The notes under the pieces were generated by a model, which saw only the letters and a list, made by a program, of their open reading frames with translations, was not told the DNA's origin and did no database searches. The position numbers and the translations under genes are program-made. 64,000 bases of DNA from Mobula hypostoma (lineage: Eukaryota), in contig NC_086097.1 in NCBI RefSeq assembly GCF_963921235.1, positions 209,624,001 through 209,688,000 on the forward strand, read 5' to 3'. Positions 35,291 through 49,192 of this stretch are shown here, piece after piece (the stretch's first letter is position 1; every line of letters starts with the position of its first letter).

Positions 35291-36081
35291 CCTCAACCAG
35301 TGTGCAAAGTACTCGTTATTAATCCTACACTGTATCATCTGCTTGATGTAGGCCCATTCTCTGTAGAACATACATACAGTAGGATTTAAGTAACAGAGAC
35401 TCCCCAATGTAATGACACACATGTTTTACGATGAGGAGATGATCCAGTGGTGAAGGTGAAGATAGCCTCCTCCCAGATTTTCATTATTGGCAATCATTGG
35501 TCAAGCAAAAACTATTGGAAGTGGGGACTCTCTAATGTCACCAACAAAGGATCTCATTTATTTTTGTGCTTGACTTCTATTGATAAGATGCTCGAGTTCC
35601 CTGACAAACAGCTCAGCATTGAGTGAAAGTAGTTTTTGGAATCTAATTCACAGCGCCAAAGGCAGGGACAAGAGAATTGTGAGTGTTCAACTTGTAGGTT
35701 TACAAATGATAAGTTTACAAGTCTTCTTTAGTTCCTCTAGCCTCAGAGCAATGCAGCATGTATACAGGCCTTTTAGCTCATCAAGTCCATGCTGATTGCA
35801 ATGTCCATCCAACTTTTCCCAATTATCTACATTTGACCCATATACTATTGATTTAGTGTTCTCTGGTTCTATACACTTTGTGCATTCTCATCAAAATCCT
35901 CAAGCTGAAATAGCGTGGCATCCATGATGAATCCATGATGGAGCTTGCTGAGTTTACAACCTTCTTTAGCTTTTTCTAATCCGGTTCGGTGGCCCCTCCA
36001 TCTCAAATGGTGATACTATCAGTTAGAATGCTCTCCAAAGTATGAGTATTTGGATAGCTGGAATCAGAATCAGGTTTAATA

Positions 36082-37614
36082 ATATTACACACAAAATGCT
36101 GGCTGGAGGAACTCAGCCAGCCAGGTAGCATCTATGGAAAAGAGTACAGTCGATGTTTCAGACCGAGACCCTTCATCAGGACGGGAGAAAAAAAGAGATG
36201 AGGTCAGAGTAAGAGGGTAGAGGGAGGGAAGGAAGGGAGAAGTACGAGGTGGTAGGTGAAACTAGGAGGAGGAGGGGTGAAGTAAACAGTTGGGAAGTCG
36301 ATTGGTGAAAGAGGTCAAGGGCTGGAGAAGGGGGGATCTGATAGGAGAGAAGGCCATAGAAGAAAGGGAAGGGAGAGGAGCACCAGAGGGAGGTGATGGG
36401 CTGGCAAGGAGATAAGGTGAGAGAGAGAAAAGAGAATGGAGAATAGTGCAGGAGAGGATGGGGGCATTACTAGAAATTCGAGAAATCAATGTTCATGCCA
36501 TCAGGTTGGAGGCTACCCAGATGGAATATAAGGTGTTGCTCCTCCAACCTGAACGTGGCCTCATCATGACAGTAAAGGAGGCCGTGGACTGATTTGTCGG
36601 AATAGGAATGGGAAGTAGAATTAAAATGGTTCAGCATGGGAGATCCAGCTTTTTCTGATGGATGGTGTGAAGGTGCTTGGTGACACAGTCTCCCAATCTA
36701 TGCCAGGTCTCACTGGTATCCAGGAGGTCACCCCATGAGTACCAGATACAGTCCATGACCCAACAGACTCACAGGTGAAGTGTGTCACCTCACCTGGAAG
36801 GACTGTTTGGGGCCCTGAATGGTACTGAGGGAGGAGGTGTAGCACTTGTTCTGCTTGTAAAGGTAAGTGTCAGGAGGGCAATCAGTGGGGAGAGACAAGT
36901 AGACAAGAGAGTGATCCCTACAGAAAACAGTGTGAGTCTGTTGGGGTCATCTCCACAATGTGGCTTCCTGTATTTTGGTGAGACCTGATTTAGGATGGGA
37001 GACTGCTTCGCCAAGCACCTACGCTCCGTCTGCCAGAAAAAGCAGGATCTCCTAGTGGCCAGCCATTTTAATTCTATTCTGCATTCCCTTTCAGACATGT
37101 CTGTTCATGGCCTTCTCTATTGTCGTGATGAGGGCACACTCAGGTTGGAGGAACAACTCTTTATATTCCATCTGGGTAGCCCTCAACCTGATGGCATGAA
37201 CATTGATTTCTCAAACTTCCAGTAATGACCCCCACTCTATTCCCCATTTCCATTACTCTCTCTTTCCTTATCTCCTACCTGCCCATCATCTCCCTCTGGT
37301 GCTCCTCTCCCTTCCCTTGCTTCCATGGCCTTCTGTCCTCTCCTTTAAGATTCCTCCTACTCCAGCCCTTTATCTCTTTCGTCAATCAACTTCCCAGTTC
37401 TTTACTCCACCCCTTCCCCTCTCCTGGTTTCACCTATCACCTACTACTTTGTAATTTTTCCTCCTCTTCCCCACCTTCTAACTCTTACTTCTCATCTTTT
37501 TTCTCCATTTCTGTTTACGTCGACTGTTTACACTTTTCCATAGATGTTGCTGAGTTCCTCCAGTATTTTGTGTGTGTTGTTTGGATTTCCAGCATCTGCA
37601 GATCCTTGTTTGTG
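36082..37614. mobile_element. Penelope-like insertion with inverted arms (minus about 36085-36920, plus about 36925-37614)
   Basis: GIY-YIG C-terminus on both strands (CGFLYFGET..GDCFAKHL..LEEQLFIFHLG); 13-bp TSD atcaggtttaata (36069-36081, 37615-37627). Confidence 0.88.
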
Positions 37615-38725
37615 ATCAGGTTTAATATCACCGGCATATGTTTTGAAATTTGTTGTTTTGCATGTAGTGCATTGCAATTCCTGCATAATAGTAAAAACTA
37701 TAAATTACAAAAACTAAATATTAAAAATAATTAATTAAGTAGTGCAAAAAGACGGGGAAATCACTGAGGTAGTGTCATGGGTTCATTGGCCATTCATAAA
37801 TGTAGTAAATCTGATGGTACCACCTCCTTGATGAGAAAAGGGCATGTCTTGGGTTATGGGGGTGCTTAATGATGGATGGCCCCTTTTGGAGGCATTGCCT
37901 TTTGAAGGTGTCGTGGATACTGGGAAAGCCAGTACCCTTGATGGAGCTGGCTGAGTTTACAACTTTCTGTGGCTTTTTCCAATCCTGTTCAGTGGCCCCT
38001 GCATCCCAGATGGTGATGTGATCAGTTAGAATGCTCTCCACAGTATATCTGCAGAAATTTGTAAGTGTCTTTAGAGACATACCAATTCTCCTCAAACTCC
38101 TTGTGAAATATCGCTGCTGTTGTGTTTTCTTTGTAATTGTATCAATATTTTGGTGTGTATTGTCTTGACTCCCACTTCCTGAAGTCCACAATAAATTCCT
38201 TGGTCTTACTGGCATTGAGTGCAAGGTTGTTGCTGTGACAGCAATCAACCAGCTAATCTATCTCACTCCTGTATACCTCCTCATCACCATCTGAAATTCT
38301 GCTAACAATAGTGTGCCTCAGCAATTTATAGATGGTGTCTGAGCTGTGTCTAACCACACAATTGTGGGTGTAGAGAGAGTTGTACAGTGGTCTGAGCAAG
38401 CATCTCTGATGTGCACCTTCGTTGATCGTCAGCGGGGAGGAGATGTTGTTTCTGATCCACGCAAACTGTATCCTCCCAGTGAGGAAGGCAAGGATTCAGT
38501 TGCAGAGGAAAGTACAGAGGGCCAGGATTTGGAGCTGTTGATTAGAAATGAGGGTATGATTGTGTTGAATGCTGATCCAGGTGTTCCAAGGCTGACTGGA
38601 GAGCCAGTGAGATTGCATCCACTGTACGCCTATTATGGTGATAGGCAAATTGCAGTGGATCCAGGTCACAGGTCAGGTGTTGATTTTAACCATGACCAAC
38701 CTCTCAAAGCACTTCATCACAATGG
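37615..38725 (-). mobile_element. Rex1/Babar-like LINE 3' part
   Basis: VMKCFERLV, TLTNFCRYTVESILTDHITIW, HPHNPRHALF; tail (ctgatt)n at 36061 on the far side of the PLE. Confidence 0.85.
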
Positions 38726-38834
38726 ATATGAGAGGTGAGGGTGGATGTTGGACCACTAGAAAATGAAGCTGGAGGGTGGAAATGGGGGACAAAGAAATGG
38801 AATTTGCATCATCTTTACAGTGGAATGCTAGAAA

Positions 38835-41550
38835 ATGATGCTGGAATGTAGTAATGGGGGTCAGAAAAATAGTGGATGCTGCATCAGTGTTTACTGTTAA
38901 AGACACCAGCAATATGCTAGAAATTCAGACTGTCAGGGAGCAGAAGTAAGTGTAGATACTTGGAGAAGGTGCTTGCGAAGCTGAAAATTCTGAAGATAGT
39001 TAAGTCACCTGGACCAGAAGGACTACACCCCAGGGTTCAGAAAGCGATTATAGAGGCATCAGTAATGGTCTTTCAAGAATCACTGTGCTCTTGAATGGTT
39101 CCAGAGGACTGGAAAATTGCAAATGTTGTCCCTCAACTCTTTAAGTAGGGAAGGAGGCAAAAGAAAGGAAATAATGGGCCAGTTGGCCTGACTTGTGTGG
39201 TTGGGCAGATGTTGGAGTCCATTATTAAGGACGAGGTTTTGATATACCTGGAGATGCAAGATAAAGTAGGCCAAAGTCAGCATAACTTCCTTCAGGGGAA
39301 ATCATGCCTGAAAAATCTGCGGGTATTGTTAAAGAAAAAGCAAGCAGGATAGGCAAAGGAGAATTAGTGGATGTTGTATATACAAATTTTCAGAAGGCCT
39401 TTGACAAGGTGCCACACATGAGACTGCTTAACAAAATGAAAGCTCATGGTATTACAGTAAAACTACCAGCATGGATAGTAGATTTTATGACTAGCAGGAG
39501 GCAAAGAGTCATCAAAGGGAGGCCTGTTGTGGTTGCCTGCTGGTGACAAGTGGTGTTCCACAGGCGTTGGTATTGGGACCGCTTCTTTTCTCGTTATATG
39601 TTAATGATTTGGATGAGGAAATAGGTAGCTTTGTGGCCAAGTTTTCAGATGATACAAAGATAAGTGGAGGAACAGGTCGTGTTGAGGAAGCAGGGAGTAT
39701 GCAAAAGGACTTGGACAGATTGTGAAAATAGGCGAAGAAGTGGCAAATGGAATATAGTGCAGGGAAGTTTATGATTGTGCATTTTTGGTAGAAGGAATAT
39801 TTTCTAATTGGAAAGAATGTTTTTTGATTTTTCAAGTGCCTTCAATACCATACAGCCCTCCTTTCTGGGGGAAAATCTCTGTTCAATGCAGGTTAGCACT
39901 TACATTGTATCCTAGATAATTCCCTACCTGAGTGGCAGACAACAGTTTGTGTGGCTTCAGAGCGGTATGTTAGTAGCATTGGGGCCCCACGGGGGACTGA
40001 ATAGGCTTCCTTCCTGTTTACCCTGTATACATCAAACTTTAGGTACAATACTGAGTCATGTAATCTGCAGAAATTCTCTGATGACTCAGCAATAGTTGGG
40101 TGTACAGTGGGAGGACGGGAGGATGAATACAGGGCCCTGGTGGAGGACTTTGTCAACAGGTGTAAGTTAAATCATCTGCAGCTCAACGTCAGTAAGACAA
40201 AGGAGATGGTGATGAACTTCAGGCAGACTAAGCCGACACTGCTCACTGTTACTTTTGATGGTGAGTACGTGGATGTGGTGATGACCTACTAGTACCTGGG
40301 GGTGCACCTGGATGACAGACTGGAGTGGAGCACCAACACAGAGTTTGTGTCCAAGAAAGGCCAGAGTCGCCTCTACATCCTGAGGAGACTGAGGTCGTTT
40401 GGAGTATGCAGGCCTCTCCTTCACAGTCTGTTGTCACTAGTATACTCTTCTATGCGGTGGTGTGTTGGGGCAATGGAATTAATACGAGTGGTGCCAACAG
40501 GCTCAATAAACTGATTAGAAAGGCTGGCTCTGTTATAGGAGTCAAACTGGATACAGTGGAGACTGTGGTAGAACAAAAAACCCTATGGAAAATCCTGGCA
40601 ATTCTGGACAATGTTTCTCACCCTCTGCATGCCTCCTTGGCTGAACGAAGGATTACTTTTAGTAATAAGCTAAGACAACTGCACTGCTCCAAAGAATTCT
40701 ATATGAGGTCATACTTGCCCTTGGCCATTTGGCTGTATAATATGTCAACCTATAGCCTATGGAAGTGATGAGCCTCTCCTGTTAGACTGTTTGAGGTAAC
40801 TTATTTTTTATTCCTTCTTACTCCTCTTATAATATTTGTATATCTGTGCACTTGTAATGCTACTGTGACACTGTAATTTCCTTTGGGATCAATAAAGTAT
40901 CCAGCTGTCTATCTAAAGGGTAACTTGCAGGTTGAGCCAGTAGTAAGGAAGGCAAGAGGACTAGAACATAAGACCAAGGATGTGCTACTGAAGCTTTATA
41001 AGGTACTAGTCAGACTTTACTTGAAGTATTATGAGCAGTTTTATTTAAGAAAAGAGAGTGCAGAAGAGGTTCACGAGAGTGATTCTGGGAATGAAAGGAT
41101 TAATGTATGAGGAGCAATTGATGGCTCTGGACCTGTTCTCACTGGAGTTTAGAAGAATGAGGGGGAATCCCCTTGAATCCTCTTGGATATTGAAGGCCTA
41201 GACAGAGTGGATGTGGAGAGGATCTTTACTGTAGTGGGTGAATCAAGGACCAGAGGGCACAGCCTCAGAATAGAGGGATGTTCATTTATAACAGAGATAA
41301 TAAATTTCTTTAGCTAGGGGGTGGTGAAATCTGTGGAATTCATTGCCACAGACAGCTGTGGAGGCAAAGTCATTGAGTATATTCAAAGCAGAGGTTGATA
41401 GATCCTTGGTTAATCGGGCATCAAGAGTTACAGGGAGAAGGCAGGAGAATGGGGTTGAGAGCAAAATTAGATCAGCCTTGATGGGCTGGCAGAGGAAACT
41501 TAATAGGCCAAAGTGGCCGAATTCTGCTCCTACGTTTTCTGGTTTTATGA
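38835..41550 (+). mobile_element. CR1 LINE interrupted by a Rex/Babar fragment
   Basis: [32 protein letters not shown]; resumes at about 40913 with the CR1 C-terminus and tail. Confidence 0.85.
39820..40912 (+). mobile_element. 5'-truncated Rex1/Babar-like LINE (same family as 22866-25280)
   Basis: tttttgatttttcaagtgccttcaat start; FSDDSAIVG; LEWSTNT; tail gggatcaataaagtatc. Confidence 0.88.
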
Positions 41551-42309
41551 AATCGCCTGCAATGATAGGGAAGACCAGATGCAGTGTGTGCATTTTCTCG
41601 GCCGATGATTAAGTTGCTCAGCTCCTCCAGTGCCTGATGGACATTGGCCTGATGTGGAATGTACACCACTATCAGGACGGGAACTGGTTAGAGATAGTCT
41701 ACATGGTTTTGTGCATGTTAGGTCATGTCTAACCAATATTGTTTGAGTTTTATGAGGGACTACCAGGAAACTTGATGATGGCAAGGCAGTGGATGCTGTG
41801 TACATGGACTTTAGCAATGCCTGTGACGAAGTCCCCCGTGGGAGGTTGCTCTAGCAGTTTTAGCTACTTGGCATTTAAGATGAAATCATAAATTGGATTA
41901 GACTTTGGCTTTGTGGGAGAAGCCAGAGAGTGGTAGTAGATAGTTGCCTCTCTGACTGGAGGCCTGTGACTAGTGGAGTGCTGCAGGGATCGGTGCTGTT
42001 TGTCATCTATATCAATGATCTGAATCAGCAAATTTGCGGATGACACCAAGATTGAGTAAGGAGGACTGTCAAAGCTTGCAACGGGATCTGGACCAGCTTA
42101 AAAAAATGGCAGGAGAAATTTAATGCTGACAAATGTAAGGTGTTGCACTTTGGAGGAAAACCAGGTAGGAGGACTTAAACGAGTGGTAGGGCACTAAGGA
42201 ATGCAATAGAATAGAGGGAAGTGGGTCTACATACTCCCCTGAAAGGGGTGTCTCAGGTAGATAGAGTCATAAAGAAAGCATTTGGCACTTTGACTTTCAT
42301 AAGTAAATA

Positions 42310-42610
42310 AGCCGGCACAGTAGAATAGGTGGTAGCAAAACACTTTACATGCCGGTGACCCAGGTTCAATTCCCCCACTATCTCCAAGGAGTTTGTATAT
42401 TCTGCCCATGACCACGTGAGTGTCCCGCGGGTGCTCCAGTTTCCTCCCACAGTTGATAGACATACTGGTTGGTAGGTTAATTGGTCATTGTAAATTCTCC
42501 CATGATCAGGGTCTGATTAGACTGGGGGATTGCTGAGCGGCATGGCTCAAGGAATCTGTAGGGCCTGTTCTGTGCTGCATCTCAATCAATCAATCAATTA
42601 ATAAATTAAA
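42310..42610 (+). mobile_element. HE1/V-SINE-like SINE
   Basis: ggcacagtag head, caggttcaattccc B box, V domain, (caat)n tail. Confidence 0.8.
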
Positions 42611-42650
42611 GTATTGTATATTGGAGTTGGGATGTTTTGTTGAAGTTCTA

Positions 42651-42804
42651 CAGGTCGACCTTCACTAATCCGACTACCTGTAATTCGGTTCCTTTGATAA
42701 TCCAGCACTGATCATGCTTAATGTGATCCTTCTGTAATTCGGCATTTTCATTAATCCGGCACTCCTCAGGTCCCAGTGGTGCCGGATTAGTGAAGATCGA
42801 CCTG
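42651..42804. mobile_element. Tc1/mariner-superfamily MITE (154 bp)
   Basis: 24-bp TIRs caggtcgaccttcactaatccgac matching 22/24; TA on both sides. Confidence 0.9.
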
Positions 42805-43050
42805 TATAAGGCCTAATATGTGTGCAGTTTGATCACCTACTACAGAGAGATGTATATAAGATTGAACAAGTGCAGAAAAAATTCACAAGGATTTTGCCAG
42901 GAACTGAGGACCTGAGTTATAGGGAAAGGTTGAATAGGTCTCACCTTTTTCCCCAGAGTGTAGAAGAATGAGAGGAGATTTGATATCATAAAATAATATG
43001 AATAAATCTTGATTATAATTTATGAGGGATATAGATAGGTTAAATGTAAG

Positions 43051-43996
43051 CTGATTCATCAATGACCTTCCTTCTGTATTAAGGTCAGAAATGGGGCTGT
43101 TCGCAGATGACTGCACAATGTTCTGCACCATTCATGACTCCTCAGATAGTGAAGCAGTTCATACCCAGATGCAGCTGAATCTGGGCAATATCCAGGCATG
43201 GCAAGTGGCAAGTAACATTCGAACCATACAAGTGCCAGACAATGACCATCTCCAACTAGAGGGACTCTAACCATCGTCCCTTAATATTCATTGGCATCAC
43301 CATCAGTGAATCTCCTACTATCAACATCCTGGTGGCTTACCATTGACAGGAAACTGAACTGGTCTAGCCATATAAACACCATGGCTACCAGAGCAGATTA
43401 AAGGCTAGGAATCCTATGACATGTGACTCACCTCATGACTCCCCAAATCCTGTCCACCGTCTGCAAGGCTCAGGTCAGGAGTGTAATGGAATACTTGCCT
43501 CTCGCATGGATGAGTGCAGCTCCATCAACACTCAAGAAGCCTGACACCATCCAGTACAAGGAAGCTATTTGATTGATACCCCTTCCACAATCATCCAATC
43601 CCTCCACCATTGACAAACAGTTGCAGCAGTGTGTACTATCTACAAGATGCACTGCAACAGCACACCAAAGTTCCTAAGGCAGCACCTTCCAGATCCATGA
43701 CCACTACCATCTAGAAGGATGAGAGCAACAGGTACCTGGGAACACCACCACTTGGAAATCCCCCTCCAAGTCACTCACCATCCTGACTTGGAAACATATC
43801 GCCATTGCTTCATTGTCGCTGGGTCAAAATGATGGAGTTCCCTCCCTAATAGCACTCTTGGTGTACCTACACCTTAGAGACTACAGTGGTTTAAGAAGGC
43901 AGTTTATTTGTACCTTCTCAAGGGCAACTAGGGATGAGCAATAAATGTTGACTTAGCTGGTGATGTCCACATCCCATAAATGAATAAATAAAAAAA
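43051..43996 (+). mobile_element. 5'-truncated CR1-superclade LINE of a different family
   Basis: INDL...LFADD, KAQVRSVMEYLPLAW; aataaa plus A-tail; short TSD aagc in the host CR1. Confidence 0.8.
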
Positions 43997-46305
43997 AGCA
44001 GGCTTTTTCCACTGAGTTTGGATGAGACTAGAACTAGAGGTCATGGGTTAAGGGTGAAACGTGAAATATTTAAGGGGAACATGAGAGGAACAACTTCTCT
44101 CAGAGAGTTGGAAGAGCATGGAATGAGCTGCCAGTGGAAGTGGTAGATATAGTTTTGATTTTAATATAAAGGGAAATTTGTCTGGGTACATAAATGGGAG
44201 GTCTATGGAGGGCTATGGGCCGGATGTAGGTCAATGGGGCTAGGCAGATTAGTAGATTGGTACGGACTGGGTGGGTCAAAGGGCATGCTTTGTGCTGTTC
44301 TATGACTCTATAAGCTTTGTGCATTTACGTCATTTATATAAATAATGAACAACTGACCCCTGCAGCACACCTCTAGTCACCAAACTCCATTCTGAAAAAC
44401 AAACTTCAACAACTCACCTTCTTCTACCTACCTCTGAACCAATTTTGTATCCACCTAATGATGGAGCAGACTCAATGGGCCATATTGCCTAATTCTGCTC
44501 CTATGTCTTATGATGTTTTGGTCTTAACGAGTGCTCTCAGAATCCATGGGACTAAACCCTCCACACCAGGGTACCACACAGGATCTTCTCAAAGGCCTTG
44601 CTAAAGTCCAAATAGAGAAAATCCAGCGTGTTAAAAAGTCAGACGTGCACAGTTTATTCTCTGACCACTAATTGTTCAAAATTACAGCATGGTGCTGACA
44701 CCAATACTTTCTCCATTTGCAAGGATTTGGTAGGATTCTGCCTTCTTTGCCTAGTTTGCCTAGTTATGTCTCCGCCTGCTTCAGAAATCTAGGTGCTGAC
44801 CACAAACAGGTGGACACGTTAAGATAACTGTCAAACTTGAAAATTGTGAATGATAATTGCAGCAGATTTTATTGAGACATTAACTTGATTGACAAATTGA
44901 AGTAAGCCCTTGAGAGTCACAATTTCCAAAGTGATTTGGTCATGATGGAAAATGATATCTTCATTATCATAATTTTAAAACAATCCTTCCTGCAGAGTTT
45001 ATTTTTAAATGGTGTGAACCTCTTCTGGTAAATAAATAAGCACTTTCCCTAGAGTTTTATTCAATATCTACAATTGACTGACACCTTTACTTGAAAACGT
45101 ACTTAGGCCAAAATCACAATGGTTGTTTTGCAGGTGGCAAGCCTACCACTGTCAGGTGCCACTGTGTAATGTGCATCGAGTCCAGATGGGTAGTTGTTAA
45201 TACACGTTTTCTTCCTTTGCATAAGTACTTGTAGGTGTAAGTACATGTGTGTAGGAGGAGGATTTGCATCACTCTTCATATTTCTAAGTGTTACTGATGA
45301 ACCTGTCAGTTAGATGGTGTAAAAAGAGAAGTGTTGACTGAAGCAGTGCCATGGGGAAGGTCAGAGCGAAGTCGTCCAATTGCTGGGGAGAGAACAGATG
45401 ATACCCAGCAGGTTGTCGCTTTTTAATTGATCCTGTCAGATGAGTACTTCACTTTTTCCTTACGCCTGCAGTTGAAGTCAGGTACAAGAAACACAAAACT
45501 TATTTGTAATCACTAATTGAGAGTGAACCAGAAAAAAAAGTTTTAATTTGGACTGATAATAATTTGTCACATTGTATGAAGTGCAATACATTTCATTTAT
45601 GTACATTGATGAATAAATGTCTTAAAATAACAAACTTCAGTTCTTTTGTAAATGCTAAGTAGCCCAGCTATGTTTATTCAAAATTACTTGGCTTCATTCA
45701 TATTTCAAAGTGCTTTCTCAGACCCCATTGTAACACTTTTTGTGTATCAAGTCTCAATTCTGATGCATTTCTGGCTTGATTCGACAAGTGTAGGTGCAGT
45801 AATTGTCAATTTCTCAGGCTCTGCATTTTGCTATTTACTGTTGTTTTAGACTACTGGGTTATGCAGTCGCATTAACTAGAAGTGCTATAAATGTAGGCAT
45901 ACAAATCTAGAATTTATATTTGCCTATGCAAATTTTAATAAGATAATTTCTTATTAATTCCACGTTTTTAATAATATTATAATATCAATCAATATTCAGA
46001 TATTGAAGAATAACATTATTTTGCACATTTCAACAAAATTTTCACACCAGTCTGAATTAGTATGTTGGCTTTTGTTGGGTAAATTACCTTATGTTAACTG
46101 TTAAAAGTATTTTTGCATTTTTGTTGGGAAGAAATATTATTTTGTGCTTAAATTCCCTGAGTTGTATATTTGGAAATCTCTAACCAAATATCCTTGTGGA
46201 TTAACTTGCTTGCGATTAGGAGTGAGAATCTGATTCTGTTTCTAACGGTAAACACAATTCAAAAGAGATCATCAGATTTACTGAGCAGGGAAATTGCCTT
46301 TTAAA

Positions 46306-46621
46306 AAAGGATCTAGGACTCTCCCAACATATTTGATGAATAAACTCTTCTCAGCTTCCAGCCAGGTACACGTATTGATTTTAACCCACGGTTTGATGAC
46401 AAACTCCACAATCTTCATCAAGGATGATGCCTAGGCACATCAAGTTCAGATGTGTATATGCCCCCATCATTCATCCCTCCTGATTGGTATACAACCCAGG
46501 TACAGTATATATACCACTGAACTAGATATGCATCATCCCTGATGAAGATGGTGGCATTTGTCAATGAAATATCAGTTAAAATCAATGCCTGTTCCCGGCT
46601 GAAAGTCCAAGAAGAGTTTAT
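46306..46621. mobile_element. Fold-back element with hammerhead-like cores; probably a second PLE family
   Basis: About 120-bp inverted arms (aataaactcttct...cttcatcaaggatgatgc / gcatcatccctgatgaag...agaagagtttatt); 12-bp direct flank ttgccttttaaa (46294, 46622). Confidence 0.7.
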
Positions 46622-47409
46622 TTGCCTTTTAAATTTGATTGAGTAGTGTAGATACTGGTGATTGAGTATGGTAGATACTCATTTTCTTTTTCTGCCTGGA
46701 TTTTCATCAGCACTTATAGATTTACTTAATGATACTTGTTGGGTCAAAGGGAGGGTGCTTGCAGCTAGCCTTAAAGAAACCTATTTTTAAAATTTCTGCT
46801 GGTTTTGTAATGTGGGTTTCTTCTTTCCTACATAAGTCACCGTCAGATTTTAGCGATGGAGGAACAATGCAATCGAGAAACAGCTAATTCCCCAACCTAA
46901 AATATTGTTTTTTCTCTTTCCACTGACGCTGCCTGACATGCTGAGGGTATTTAGAATTTTCGGCTTTTATTTTAGATACTAGAACCCGCAGTTTTTTATT
47001 GATTTTCTGCAAAGTCATCCGGTGGACTGAGAAGCCAAACAAATTGAAGAATTTTGACGATTATCAAAACAGCAAATAAAAAGCTCCAGTTTTAAATATT
47101 AGTACACAGATGTCGATTGGGTAGAAGATGAATATCTTGCATTAAAATTGAGAAGGAAATGTCATTATCATTAGTTGTTTGTAAAATCCATGAAATTTTA
47201 AAATAATCATTCAATTAGACAATATACACACAAGACAGTACTTTTGTACAAATAGGTAGTGCAGCAGTAATTATGGCTTAGTATACCATTAAAAACTCAG
47301 TTGAACCTTGTTCGGCAGAGGATAATATTTTCAATACTTTTTTACAGTGACAATTGTTCATAAAAATGTTAATTTTATGTTGTCACGGCTTAGATTGCAG
47401 GGGTGTAGA

Positions 47410-49192
47410 CAGTGGTCCTCTTGAAGATCACAGTGGTCGGCTTTGTGCGGAACCAAAGGAAATGGGGGAGATCTTAAATGGGTTTTTTGCATCTGTATTT
47501 ACTAAGGAAGCTGGCATGAAATCTATGGAATTGAGGGAATCAAGTAGTGAGACCATGGAAACTGTACAGATTGAAAAGGAGGAGGTGCTTGCTGTCTTGA
47601 GGAAAATTAAAGTGGATAAATCCCCAGGACCTCACAGGGTGTTCCCTCGGACCTTGAAGGAGACTAGTGTTGAAATTGTGGGGGCCCTGGCAGAAATATT
47701 TAAAATGTCGCTGTCTACGGGTGAAGTGCCGGAGGATTGGAGAGTGGCTCATGTTGTTCCGTTGTTTAAAAAAGGATCGAAAAATAATCCGGGAAATTAT
47801 AGGCTGGTGAGTTTAACATCGGTAGTAGGTAAGTTATTGGAGGGAGTACTAAGAGACAGAATCTACAAGCATTTGGATAGACAGGGGCTTATTAGGGAGA
47901 GTCAACATGGCTTTGTGCGTGGTAGGTCATGTTTGACCAATCTGTTGGAGTTTTTCGAGGAGGTTACCAGGAAAGTGGATGAAGGGAAGGCAGTGGATAT
48001 TGTCTACATGGACGTCAGTAAGGCCTTTGACAAGGTCCCGCATGGGAGATTAGTTAGGAAAATTCAGTCGCTAGGTATACATGGAGAGGTGGTAAATTGG
48101 ATTAGACATTGGCTCGATGGAAGAAGCCAGAGAGTGGTGGTAGAGAATTGCTTCTCTGAGTGGAGGCCTGTGACTAGTGGTGTGCCACAGGGATCAGTGC
48201 AGGGTCCATTGTTATTTGTCATCTATATCAATGATCTGGATGATAATGTGGTAAATTAGATCAGCAAGTTTGCTGATGATACAAAGATTGGAGGTGTAGT
48301 AGACAGTGAGGAAGGTTTTCAGAGCCTGCAGAGGGACTTGGACCAGCTGGAAAAATGGGCTGAAAAATGGCAGATGGAGTTTAATACTGACAAGTGTGAG
48401 GTATTGCACGTTGGAAGGACAAACCAACGTAGAACATACAGGGTTAATGGTAAGGCACTGAGGAGTGCAGTGGAACAGAGGGATCTGGGAATACAGGTAC
48501 AAAATTCCCTAAAAGTAGCATCACAGGTAGATAGGGTTGTAAAGAGAGCTTTTGGTACATTGGCCTTTATTAATCAAAGTATTGAGTATAAGAGCTGGAA
48601 TGTTATGATGAGGTTGTATAAGGCATTGGTGAGGCCGAATCTGGAGTATTGTGTTCAGTTTTGGTCACCAAATTACAGGAAGGATATTAATAAGGTTGAA
48701 AGAGTGCAGAGAAGGTTTACAAGGATGTTGCCGGGTCTTGAGAAACTCAGTTACAGAGAAAGGTTGAATAGGTTAGGACTTTATTCCCTGGAGCGTAGAA
48801 GAATGAGGGGAGATTTGATAGAGGTATATAAAATTATGATGGGTATAGATAGAGTGAATGCAAGCAGGCTTCTTCCACTGAGGCAAGGGGAGAAAAAAAC
48901 CAGAGGACAGGGGTTAAGGGTGAGGGGGGAAAAGTTTAAAGGGAACATTAGGGGGGGCTTCTTCACACAGAGAGTGGTGGGAGTATGGAGTGAGCTGCCA
49001 GACGAGGTGGTAAATGCGGGTTCTTTTTTAACATTTAAGAATAAATTGGACAGATACATGGATGGGAGGTGTATGGAGGGATATGGTCTGTGTGCAGGTC
49101 AGTAGGATTAGGCAGAAAATGGTTCGGCACAGCCAAGAAGGGCCAAAGGGCCTGTTTCTATGCTGTAGTTTCTATGGTTCTATGGTTCTATG
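47410..49192 (+). mobile_element. Young 5'-truncated CR1 LINE (HER1-like); RT with one TGG>TAG stop at 48257
   Basis: [36 protein letters not shown]; tail (ttctatgg)3. Confidence 0.95.

Larger units (their letters stand above)
41675..44315 (+). mobile_element. CR1 LINE interrupted by a SINE, a MITE and another LINE
   Basis: Colinear with the young CR1 at 47410-49192 on either side of each insertion. Confidence 0.85.

Noticed and set aside
45145..45466. Minus-strand acceptor/donor-bounded segment
   Set aside because: Early stops in all frames; could only be non-coding and there is no supporting evidence.
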